A stretch of 20,000 nt of DNA. Source: an uncultured virus (IMG/VR IMGVR_UViG_3300035682_000026). Taxonomy: Duplodnaviria; Heunggongvirae; Uroviricota; Caudoviricetes. A program made the translations under genes and the position numbers. This document shows positions 7,838 through 16,224 of the stretch, in pieces (within the stretch, counting starts at the first letter, position 1; the number at the start of each line of letters is the position of its first letter). Where the stretch lies: IMG/VR virus record IMGVR_UViG_3300035682_000026, one strand, 5' to 3'. The notes under the pieces are model-generated. The model made no database searches and was not told the origin of the DNA. It was given only the letters and a program-made list of their open reading frames with translations.

Positions 7838-8053
7838 TTATTTTAGTGTTATACCTGTAAATAAGCTTGATAAAATATACGCAATAGAAACACCTAATAA
7901 AAGTAATGATATTTTTGAAATTCTGTACTTAACTGGAGTATCCTCAGTGGATGAGAAAAATGCTTGAATAAAATAATAACCATGTCTAAAAGTAGTTAGA
8001 CAAGACAAAAAGAAACAAATCATCAATATTTTATTAGATATTTCTATTAACAT
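7838..8053 (-). CDS. Small two-TM membrane protein
   Basis: 71 aa with two hydrophobic helices. Confidence 0.7.
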   Translation of the reverse strand: MLIEISNKILMICFFLSCLTTFRHGYYFIQAFFSSTEDTPVKYRISKISLLLLGVSIAYILSSLFTGITLK

Positions 8054-8057
8054 AATA

Positions 8058-8231
8058 TTATTGTTTGTTTTTTTCTGAAACTTCGTTTCTCATTGTTTGA
8101 GATAAACCTTTAATTTCTTGTAAGGCTTTTCTAACTCTTACACCAGCAGCTTTGTTATCTTTTTCGTAAAACTTTGTTACGTCTTCTTCCATACTTGCTA
8201 CTAATGCTTTTAATTCATTAAAATTTTCCAT
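8058..8231 (-). CDS. Histone H1-like (Hc1-family) small basic protein, missing from ORF track
   Basis: Read by hand: MENFNELKALVASMEEDVTKFYEKDNKAAGVRVRKALQEIKGLSQTMRNEVSEKNKQ (57 aa); KF.EK.NKAAG.R.RK motif. Confidence 0.85.
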   Translation of the reverse strand: MENFNELKALVASMEEDVTKFYEKDNKAAGVRVRKALQEIKGLSQTMRNEVSEKNKQ

Positions 8232-8253
8232 TTTTTTCTTTTTTTTTTAAATG

Positions 8254-8466
8254 TTATTGTATTGTATCTTCATTACGAAACATATTATTAAATTTTGCTA
8301 ACTTATTTTCAGCTAATAATAAATTGCCTAATTGAGCCTTAGCGTTATTAATTTTAATATCTAACAAATCTGAAGAATTAATGGTTTTTTCCAAAGCTTC
8401 TTCTGCTTTTAGAATATCTGAAGTTAACTCCATAACCATAATTTGCATAAATCTATTCGTTTCCAT
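8254..8466 (-). CDS. Hypothetical coiled-coil protein
   Basis: 70-aa helical ORF in operon. Confidence 0.7.
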   Translation of the reverse strand: METNRFMQIMVMELTSDILKAEEALEKTINSSDLLDIKINNAKAQLGNLLLAENKLAKFNNMFRNEDTIQ

Positions 8467-8518
8467 AATTGTAAAGCTACTACATATTTTACAAAACTAA
8501 ATAGTAAAAGGGTTTTTT

Positions 8519-8986
8519 TTATAATATTTTTAGGGATTTTTCGAATATAGTATATATTTCGGTAAGTGCGTCAATATCTGAATTGGTTTTAATTTTATCA
8601 TAATCAAAAATATCTATCCATAGTTTACATATTTTTTTATCAATACCTAATTCATTTTTATTTGTTATTTGATAATAAACTTCTAGCATAAATTCTAAAA
8701 AATATTCATATAAAATATTAGTTTCAAAATCTAAACCCTCCTCAACAAAATTTTGTATTGTTTTTTGCCATGCCCATTCGAAGTGTTTGAATTGGTCTTC
8801 TAAAGAGGTAACATCGTCACCCATATAAGTATCAAAAATAGTTATAATAAGAGAAAGTGCGAAATCACTATATAATTCGCACTTCTCATATTTTATATTG
8901 TTTTCTTTATAGAATAACATCATATCCTCTTTACTCATAGGGTTATTGATGTAGCCTAGAAAACTATTTTTGTTAAATTTATCCAT
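8519..8986 (-). CDS. Hypothetical protein
   Basis: 155-aa acidic/aromatic ORF. Confidence 0.8.
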   Translation of the reverse strand: MDKFNKNSFLGYINNPMSKEDMMLFYKENNIKYEKCELYSDFALSLIITIFDTYMGDDVTSLEDQFKHFEWAWQKTIQNFVEEGLDFETNILYEYFLEFMLEVYYQITNKNELGIDKKICKLWIDIFDYDKIKTNSDIDALTEIYTIFEKSLKIL

Positions 8987-9035
8987 TAATTATTCTTTTT
9001 TATAATTATATTAAAAAGAATCAAAAAATAAATAC

Positions 9036-9650
9036 TTAAGTTGTTAACCAACCGTAATATTTTTTAGTTTTTGCTGCTCTATCTTCTAAACCGTGTGTAC
9101 CACCGTTAACTCTTTTTGTTAAAGCTAGGATTGATGCATCACTAACTCCTTTGTCACAGATTGACCATAATTTGTTTTTATCAAAGAAAAACTTAGCAGA
9201 TTCAAAAGCTAATTCAGTAGCAACAATATCTGGATTTGTTAATACATCAGGTCTTTTAATACTTTCAGAAAATTGTTTGTAGTTATCTTTACCTGTTAAT
9301 TGGATTGCTCCACGACCTCTAAATTTGTAACCATCTTTTGATGCTTCATTTCCATTACCCATTCTATCAGCATATACTCTAGATGCTATTTTCTCTGGTT
9401 GTCTAGCATAAGACTCTTCTAAAGTACCTGGAAAGTATTTTCCAAAGATATCTTGTAATCCTTTTGCTGAATAGTTAAGATTTTCAGTGAATATTTTAAA
9501 ATCACCTGTCTCATGTCCGCATTGTGCAAAGAAATGTGCAGCTCTTGCTGGTGTTAATTTGTAGTAAGCCATTGCTGCTTTAAGTGTTCCAGGACCAAAA
9601 GCTCCATCAGCTTTTACACCTAATTTTTCTTGTAGTTTAGTTAAACTCAT
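9036..9650 (-). CDS. Glycoside hydrolase family 19 endolysin with N-terminal peptidoglycan-binding-like segment
   Basis: LQEKLGVKADGAFGPGT; F.AQCGHET, ENLNYS, RMGNG, FRGRGAIQLTGKDNY, RVNGG..GLEDR. Confidence 0.93.
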   Translation of the reverse strand: MSLTKLQEKLGVKADGAFGPGTLKAAMAYYKLTPARAAHFFAQCGHETGDFKIFTENLNYSAKGLQDIFGKYFPGTLEESYARQPEKIASRVYADRMGNGNEASKDGYKFRGRGAIQLTGKDNYKQFSESIKRPDVLTNPDIVATELAFESAKFFFDKNKLWSICDKGVSDASILALTKRVNGGTHGLEDRAAKTKKYYGWLTT

Positions 9651-9688
9651 AGTTTTATTTTTAAAAAATTGTTATTGTTATTCATTTA

Positions 9689-9696
9689 ATAAATAT
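9689..9696 (-). promoter_or_regulatory. Putative phage late promoter motif ATATTTAT (also 6592-6599, 11577-11584, 14211-14218, 17428-17435)
   Basis: Same octamer 4-38 nt upstream of five start codons, three times directly after a terminator. Confidence 0.6.
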
Positions 9697-9705
9697 CTTT
9701 AAAAC

Positions 9706-9736
9706 AAAAAAGCTACCCGAATGAGTAGCTTTTTTT
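9706..9736 (-). terminator. Intrinsic terminator
   Basis: RNA AGCUACUC-AUUC-GGGUAGCU-UUUUU. Confidence 0.85.
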
Positions 9737-9751
9737 ATTTATGTTTTAATA

Positions 9752-10051
9752 TTAGTATTCATGTGGTGGGAAAGGAACAGAATCAATAAATTTATCATTA
9801 TCTTTTTCTATCATGTATTTAATATAATCTAAATCATCAGATTTTATAAATCTTTCTTCAGAATCAGAATAATATACATACATACCACTTGGGAATAATC
9901 TGTTGATGTGTTTTCCTTTATAGGTAATTACATCGTCTTTATCTTCTTCCTCAGAATATACGGGTTGAGTTTTTAATTTCTCTTCTCTATCTTCTGGTGC
10001 TAATTTGTTTAAGACATTATCATTACTATACCCCTGTGGACCTTCATCCAT
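9752..10051 (-). CDS. Hypothetical protein; possibly the frameshifted C-terminal extension of 10066-11559
   Basis: Frame stays open upstream to the A10 run at 10074-10083. Confidence 0.7.
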   Translation of the reverse strand: MDEGPQGYSNDNVLNKLAPEDREEKLKTQPVYSEEEDKDDVITYKGKHINRLFPSGMYVYYSDSEERFIKSDDLDYIKYMIEKDNDKFIDSVPFPPHEY

Positions 10052-10065
10052 CCAATGTTCTTTAA

Positions 10066-11559
10066 CTAATTTATTTTTTTTTTAGCTACGATTGGACCGT
10101 AATATACACCACCTAGTGTAACACCTTCAGACATGCTAACATGTTTTTTAGCATCAGCAGCTTGTGGTACGTTTATTTTATCCCATTCACCTGTTCCAGG
10201 AGCTGGAGCATAAGTTGTTTTTGATGGGTTACCATGAGCAGCACCTTGTGGTACATCAATTTGGTCCCATTCTCCTTCTGGAGCTTTTTCACCTAATCCC
10301 ATTCCAATTTTACCATCAACACTTCCTTCAACATGTTTCTTAGCTTCTGGAGCTTGTTTTTTAGCTGAATCTAACGCTTCTGGTGAAGTTGTTTTAACTT
10401 TTGGTGCTTGTGTGCCTTTATCAGTAGATACGCTTCCTTGGATGTCTTTTTTAGCTTCTTTAGCAACAGATACAGATTTACTAGCATCTTTTACTTCAGA
10501 CGCATCTTGGTCTTCAATATCTTCACCTTCTAAAAGAGCTTTAGTTTTAGTATAGATATCATTGAAGATAGCATTTTCATTAAGTCTAGCGTTACCTTTT
10601 ACAAGACCAAGAGTTTTCTCAGATTTGTAACCCATAAGGTGTTTCATTTTTTGCATATCTTCGTTAACCATAGTTTTGTTAGCTGCAGTTAATACGATTG
10701 CTCTACCTTCAGAAAGAGTACCTTCCCAACGGATTTTGTATGATTCATTACCGTCAGCCATTTCGAATACTTTGTTGTCTACTTTGTATGATTCAGGTAT
10801 CATTTTCAATGCGTTTCCAACACCATTGAATTCTTTTTTGAAATTAAGTCTTTTCATTCCTTCTTTTATTTTTGGTTTATTATTATTATTTTTATTCTCT
10901 TCTTTTTGTTCTAATGGTTTTTTAGCATCGTCACTATTATTGAATTCATATTCATCTTCAGTACCATGTGGTTTATCATTTTCAATATCTTTGCTAGCTT
11001 GTTCTTTACCTTCAGATAAAGCTCCATGTTTACCAATTGGCTTAGACCCCTTAGGAACAGTTTCAATATCATCACCAAAGCTAATAACACTATCGGTAGC
11101 ATCTTGTCTTTTCTTTGTAGAAGCTTTAATAGCTTTAACTAGGTTTTTACCAAATTCTGGGTCACCACCTTGTCCTTTTGCAACAACATTTGCCCATTCT
11201 GGGTTGTTTCCCATTCTAGAACTACCAGCTATAGCTTCTTCAGCTCTATCTTTAAATTCTTTGTTTGGGTCTCTATCATATTGAATCATTTCTTGACCAT
11301 TCATAATTTCCATTTGGTCATGATATTCTTTTTCTTTATCACCGTTGTAATTAAACTTATTAGCTGGCATTTTACCTGCTTTTTCTGTTTTTACAATAGC
11401 TTTTTCATAACCAGCTAACTCCTTGTCCATGTCTTTAACCCCAGCTTTGTTAATCTTTTCAGATTGTTTTTGAGCTTTTTTAGTTACATCAATACCAGGA
11501 GTGCTTTCTTCTTTTAAGAATCTAGCTATTAATTGATTTTTTATTATGTTTTTGTCCAT
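10066..11559 (-). CDS. Large hydrophilic K/E-rich protein with internal repeats, probable virion internal protein
   Basis: 497 aa; repeats EAKK.(I/V).GSV and AP..GEWD.I.VPQ; late-type motif upstream. Confidence 0.8.
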   Translation of the reverse strand: MDKNIIKNQLIARFLKEESTPGIDVTKKAQKQSEKINKAGVKDMDKELAGYEKAIVKTEKAGKMPANKFNYNGDKEKEYHDQMEIMNGQEMIQYDRDPNKEFKDRAEEAIAGSSRMGNNPEWANVVAKGQGGDPEFGKNLVKAIKASTKKRQDATDSVISFGDDIETVPKGSKPIGKHGALSEGKEQASKDIENDKPHGTEDEYEFNNSDDAKKPLEQKEENKNNNNKPKIKEGMKRLNFKKEFNGVGNALKMIPESYKVDNKVFEMADGNESYKIRWEGTLSEGRAIVLTAANKTMVNEDMQKMKHLMGYKSEKTLGLVKGNARLNENAIFNDIYTKTKALLEGEDIEDQDASEVKDASKSVSVAKEAKKDIQGSVSTDKGTQAPKVKTTSPEALDSAKKQAPEAKKHVEGSVDGKIGMGLGEKAPEGEWDQIDVPQGAAHGNPSKTTYAPAPGTGEWDKINVPQAADAKKHVSMSEGVTLGGVYYGPIVAKKKIN

Positions 11560-11610
11560 CTTTAATTGGTTTTATTATAAATATCTAACTTTTTAATAAA
11601 GTTATAACTA

Positions 11611-14196
11611 TTATTGTTTTTCTGTACTACTAACTTGTTTATCTATTTTGTCAATAATAAATTGAGATACCTTAGAAATGATTTCTAAGTTATTTTGTAT
11701 TCTTTCTTTGTTTGCTTTCCATAAAACTAAATATGTTGCATGGTGAGCTACTGGAATACCATAATGCTTCAACACAACGTAAGAAACACTTTCAGCTTGT
11801 AATTCTTGTAATTGATTTTTTTCTTTACCTTCACCATTATCGATAAAATATATAGAAGATTTTTTCCAGTGCATTAGTTCGTGAGCAATCTCGTGAATAG
11901 TAGTTGATAATCTAGCTGCACCTGATACATCTGATGATATATTAATATGGTCACCAGCACTATAACCTTTTTCTCCACCTTGTGCATCGCTTTGAGTTAC
12001 TCTAATACCTAAATCAGTAGCTACTTCAGATACAGCACCAAATAATATATCTGCAGTTTCTGATGGTGTGTTATCACCCCACCATTGTGGTGAATCTGGA
12101 ACATCACCTCTTTCATCAATAGGCTCTGTATCGCTAATGTCAAAAACATTAACCGCTCTAAATCTAGTTATTTGAGGTCTATTTGTCATACCCATTTGAC
12201 CCACTAATGCGGTTGTTTCGTCATCGTATTGAGTCATTTCTGGTTTACCAGCTGGTGCCAATACTTTGATTGCTTTAGCACCTTTTTTGACTCTTCTAAA
12301 TTTAGATTCCCATAATTTAAATGAACCAACTTTTGTTGCGTCTGGTCTTTGAATGAAAATAAGCATTCTATTATAGAAACTATAACTGTGGAATTTAGAA
12401 AAGAAAGTTAAATATCTTCTAATTTCTGCTGATAAAGCAGCTTCATCAGTTGCATTAGCTAAATCCATAATATATTGTTCAATTCTAGCTTTTAATAATT
12501 CTTTATTATCAGCTGTTGAACCTTCTACCGCATCTTCTAGGTCTTCTAATTCACCTATAATATACTCTGCTTTATTTATTAATGTAAGTGTTTTTTTTGC
12601 AATTTCTAATTTATCAGCATCAATAACCCAATTTGTACCATTCCAATTAAAACCATTTTGTTTTAAAACAGCTTTATTGTGAAATGTTTCTTGACTAGCA
12701 GCTCTACCTTCTAAATCTGATAATACAATAAGTTTACCTTGATTTTTATCATGTTGTAATTTTAATGCTTCACGCATTAACCCTTCGTTTAATGAAGGTG
12801 CATTTATGTTACCACTAGTTTTTTTAAGTTTTACAACATTATCAACAGCACCTGTACTACAACCACCGTTTTGAGCTTTTTTATTGTTATTTAATTTTGT
12901 ACAATCATCTAATTCAACAAAGGCACCACCAGACCATTGAGTTTTGGCTTGTGCTTTAGTTTTTTTTTTAGGTTCTTTAAATTCACCATTTCTACCTATG
13001 TTGGCAAGTCCTGGTGTGTCATATTGAAAATTACCAGTACTAGCAATAGTCGATTCATAAACAGTTTCGATTTTTCTTTTAATTGGTGTTGTACCCATTG
13101 GAGCTGTAAAAGCACCAGATGAACCACCAGCAGCACTAGTCATTTCATCTAAATCTAATTCTGTTTGTTTAGGGTCATTCCATTCACCATGTGGATGTTT
13201 AGAACCCATTGGTTCTCTAGATGCTAATTCTTTAGCTCTACGAGCTTGTATTTTTTTTTGAAGACTTTCCATATCTTCAGGAGTTCTTTCAGGATATTCA
13301 TTGCTAAAATCTTCTAGTCCTTCACTTAAACCAGACATGATAGTTTTAACTTGTTCAAGTTTTTTCATGAAAAATGGATTTAAGGGATAGATTTCACCTA
13401 ACTCATCAATCAACTCAATATTTAAAGGGATAAGAATTTTAGGTAATTCACGTTCTTTCTTATTAAGAAAGAAATTAATATCATCTTCAGTCATTTCACG
13501 ACCTTCATAATCAACACCATTATCAAAAAAATCTAACAAGAAAAATTCAGTGCCTTGGTTAAGTATTGCAATACCATCATTATATACAAAAACATCGTAA
13601 TCTGTATTGTTTTCAATAGGTTCTGGGTCTTCTTGATTTGATGGGTTATCAGGACTATGTGTATCGTATGTATCTAATTCTTCTTCTATTTCTTCCATTG
13701 GTTCACCAACAAATTCTCTCATAGTCTCTTCAATAGCAGCTTTAGCTTCTTCTTTGGTACCAATACTTTTAGGTACGATATAATTACGCCCTTTTTTAAC
13801 AATATGTCCTTTACTAGTTAAATACTCACATATTTCTTCGGATGATTTACCTTTTTCTCCAACCCAATAATCCGAATTAAATTCAGGTGTATAACCATAT
13901 AGATGTTTTAACAAATCTTTTATTTCTGTACTAATTTTATCAGTACCACCTTTTTTAGCTTCGTCTATATTATGTTTTGCTCCTAGTGGTTTTTGTTGTG
14001 CTCTAGGTAAATCAGTATTAGGTGCTTTAATATTAAAATTTTCATCTTCAGTTACTGATTTAATATCTTTACCAGCAAATGCTTGATTAAATGACTTTTG
14101 TACTCTATCAATACCACCTTTAATGCTAGATTCTTTAATCAAACCAGCTTTAATTAGTATATTATATTGTTCTTTTGTTATTTTAAGTTTTTTCAT
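11611..14196 (-). CDS. Multidomain protein: low-complexity N-terminal half plus ArdC-N-like ssDNA-binding domain and zincin metallopeptidase
   Basis: FSKFHSYSFYNRMLIFIQRPDATKVGSFKLW..RRVKKGAKAIKVLAP..VFDISDT; IHEIAHELMH..ELQAESVSYVV. Confidence 0.85.
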   Translation of the reverse strand: MKKLKITKEQYNILIKAGLIKESSIKGGIDRVQKSFNQAFAGKDIKSVTEDENFNIKAPNTDLPRAQQKPLGAKHNIDEAKKGGTDKISTEIKDLLKHLYGYTPEFNSDYWVGEKGKSSEEICEYLTSKGHIVKKGRNYIVPKSIGTKEEAKAAIEETMREFVGEPMEEIEEELDTYDTHSPDNPSNQEDPEPIENNTDYDVFVYNDGIAILNQGTEFFLLDFFDNGVDYEGREMTEDDINFFLNKKERELPKILIPLNIELIDELGEIYPLNPFFMKKLEQVKTIMSGLSEGLEDFSNEYPERTPEDMESLQKKIQARRAKELASREPMGSKHPHGEWNDPKQTELDLDEMTSAAGGSSGAFTAPMGTTPIKRKIETVYESTIASTGNFQYDTPGLANIGRNGEFKEPKKKTKAQAKTQWSGGAFVELDDCTKLNNNKKAQNGGCSTGAVDNVVKLKKTSGNINAPSLNEGLMREALKLQHDKNQGKLIVLSDLEGRAASQETFHNKAVLKQNGFNWNGTNWVIDADKLEIAKKTLTLINKAEYIIGELEDLEDAVEGSTADNKELLKARIEQYIMDLANATDEAALSAEIRRYLTFFSKFHSYSFYNRMLIFIQRPDATKVGSFKLWESKFRRVKKGAKAIKVLAPAGKPEMTQYDDETTALVGQMGMTNRPQITRFRAVNVFDISDTEPIDERGDVPDSPQWWGDNTPSETADILFGAVSEVATDLGIRVTQSDAQGGEKGYSAGDHINISSDVSGAARLSTTIHEIAHELMHWKKSSIYFIDNGEGKEKNQLQELQAESVSYVVLKHYGIPVAHHATYLVLWKANKERIQNNLEIISKVSQFIIDKIDKQVSSTEKQ

Positions 14197-14230
14197 CTTT
14201 TTATTTTATTATAAATATATTATAGAAAAC

Positions 14231-14253
14231 AAAAAAAACCCAATAAGGGCTTT
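14231..14253 (-). terminator. Intrinsic terminator
   Basis: RNA AAAGCCCU-UAUU-GGGGUUU-UUUU. Confidence 0.7.
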
Positions 14254-14276
14254 ATTTTGATAATATTTCTATTTCA

Positions 14277-14741
14277 TTATTTGTGAAGTAATAAAAATGT
14301 AACTGGTATCAATATAGCTACACCAAACCCCATAATTTTAAAGAATTTTTGTTTAAATATTTCTCTATTTTGTTTTTTTATAATACCATTAAGCAAATCA
14401 ATTTCATTATTTTTATTTTTAACTATTTTTTCTGAATTTACTAACATAGTATCATAATTATTAATTTTAGATTCTAATGTTGATATTTTATATTTTTGTA
14501 ATGCTATTGTACCACTTCTAAGATTATCTAGTTGAATATATTCAGCTACAGTGCTATCGCAAACTTTTTTTTCTAAAACATCTTTTAACATACTTTTAGC
14601 ATCAGATAATCTTAACTGTATTAGTGTATCTCCTTTAGAAGTTAATACTGGTTTAACCCTTGGTTCTATCTTCGAGATATTTTGTGATTGCATTTGATGT
14701 CCCATTAGCAGACAAAGAATTAACGTAATTAGGTATTTCAT
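14277..14741 (-). CDS. Signal peptide + coiled coil + C-terminal TM protein (spanin-like)
   Basis: MKYLITLILCLLMG signal; C-terminal hydrophobic IMGFGVAILIPVTFLLL; overlaps upstream gene by 89 nt. Confidence 0.65.
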   Translation of the reverse strand: MKYLITLILCLLMGHQMQSQNISKIEPRVKPVLTSKGDTLIQLRLSDAKSMLKDVLEKKVCDSTVAEYIQLDNLRSGTIALQKYKISTLESKINNYDTMLVNSEKIVKNKNNEIDLLNGIIKKQNREIFKQKFFKIMGFGVAILIPVTFLLLHK

Positions 14742-15072
14742 TTTTCTTATTTTTTAATTTATCCAAAGCTGATAATACAGCATTTGTTTCTTTATTATTT
14801 TTATTTAATTTTGAATCAATTTGATTTAAAATAGCATCCAATTTAACATTTTCGTTTTTTAACCCTTCATTTTTAGATAATAATGAAGCATTTTCAATAT
14901 TCAAATTTTTTATTTCAGTTGCGTGTTTATCAATAGTATTATTACCAAATAAAAGCAAACCAATAACTATAATTCCAAGTATGAATATAAGTATTGTTTT
15001 CATATCTAAAAAATTAATCTTATTTGTTTGTGTTTTCATCAATTGATATAGTTTTATAAATGTTGTTTTCAT
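14653..15072 (-). CDS. N-terminal TM + coiled-coil protein (i-spanin-like); start probably 15072 or 15003
   Basis: TM ILIFILGIIVIGLLLFG then long heptad region; track start 15129 overlaps the upstream gene. Confidence 0.65.
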   Translation of the reverse strand: MKTTFIKLYQLMKTQTNKINFLDMKTILIFILGIIVIGLLLFGNNTIDKHATEIKNLNIENASLLSKNEGLKNENVKLDAILNQIDSKLNKNNKETNAVLSALDKLKNKKNEIPNYVNSLSANGTSNAITKYLEDRTKG

Positions 15073-15082
15073 ATTTAAATTT

Positions 15083-15613
15083 TTAACCTGCTTGATTTGC
15101 TTCTTTTGCTTCTTTATCATCTCTTTCATTATATAAAAATTCAGCTGTACCCATAGTATCGGCTAACATAGCATCCCAGAATTTTTGTAGATTTTCTTGA
15201 ACTTCTATATTTAAATTACCTTGAACATTTTCACTACTAACTAAGATATTAGGTTCAGAACGTGCTAAAGTAAAATATAATCCAGAATTTTCACTAAAAT
15301 CTAACGCAACACCATTTATTACTAATCCATTTGGGTCAGAAATATAAACACTAGTAATTTTTGCTTGTGATACTATTTCTGTTAATTTATTTTGTAAAGC
15401 TTTAAAACGTTGGTCGTTTTTATCCATTTCAAAATAAGAATTATCTAATTGTATTAATGATGCACGACCTTCACGTGGTGGTTTAGCTAAACCTTGGGGT
15501 TGGGAGTCAATTTCTCTTTCTTCTTCTTCTTCTTTAAGTAATGGTTTATAACCACCTCTCATGATACTCATCATTTTTTTAGTCATATCATGTTCATTAA
15601 TTGATTCTTTCAT
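15083..15613 (-). CDS. Hypothetical protein
   Basis: 176 aa in tight operon. Confidence 0.8.
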   Translation of the reverse strand: MKESINEHDMTKKMMSIMRGGYKPLLKEEEEEREIDSQPQGLAKPPREGRASLIQLDNSYFEMDKNDQRFKALQNKLTEIVSQAKITSVYISDPNGLVINGVALDFSENSGLYFTLARSEPNILVSSENVQGNLNIEVQENLQKFWDAMLADTMGTAEFLYNERDDKEAKEANQAG

Positions 15614-15618
15614 CGTTT

Positions 15619-16224
15619 TTATTTTATTTCTATATTATTTATAAAGTAGTCAAAATTAAATGCTGGTGATAAATCTTTATAATACATTTCAATATTACTT
15701 TTATATAATATACCACTATAATCTTTCAAATCATTTACTTTAACATTATGTGTCATCGCAGTTAAAGGAATATAAAATTCATTACACAATTCTTTAACTA
15801 AATTAATTGTTGAATCTATTTGTTCTTTTGTATATTGAACCCAAAAATTATGGTTTCGCCATTTTTTTTCAAATACTTCTTCTTCTTTATAAATATAACC
15901 TAACCATGAAATAAAACTATTTTTTTCTATATCTTTTATTAACCAACCATCATTTTCTAACAAAATAATAATACTTTTATTATTTTGGTCTAAATCTTTG
16001 AAATATTCTGATTGATATTTAGGGTCGAAGTGTTTATAAATTATCCCATCTAAACCAATAGTGAATGCCGCAGTTTTTTTATATTTACCATTATATCTAT
16101 TGACCCAACCAATATAATGTTTCATGTTATTATTATTCGTATTACCTATAACTATTTGCTTCTTAATACTTTCGATATTAACGTAATTATCATTTGATAA
16201 TATGTAAGATTCTTCAATTTTCAT
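15619..16224 (-). CDS. Amidase_2/PGRP-like protein, apparently lacking N-terminal Zn ligands
   Basis: KKQIVIGNT, FTIGLDGIIY, SIIILLEN.G, YTKEQIDS...LV..LC, THN, DLSPAFNF. Confidence 0.7.
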   Translation of the reverse strand: MKIEESYILSNDNYVNIESIKKQIVIGNTNNNNMKHYIGWVNRYNGKYKKTAAFTIGLDGIIYKHFDPKYQSEYFKDLDQNNKSIIILLENDGWLIKDIEKNSFISWLGYIYKEEEVFEKKWRNHNFWVQYTKEQIDSTINLVKELCNEFYIPLTAMTHNVKVNDLKDYSGILYKSNIEMYYKDLSPAFNFDYFINNIEIK

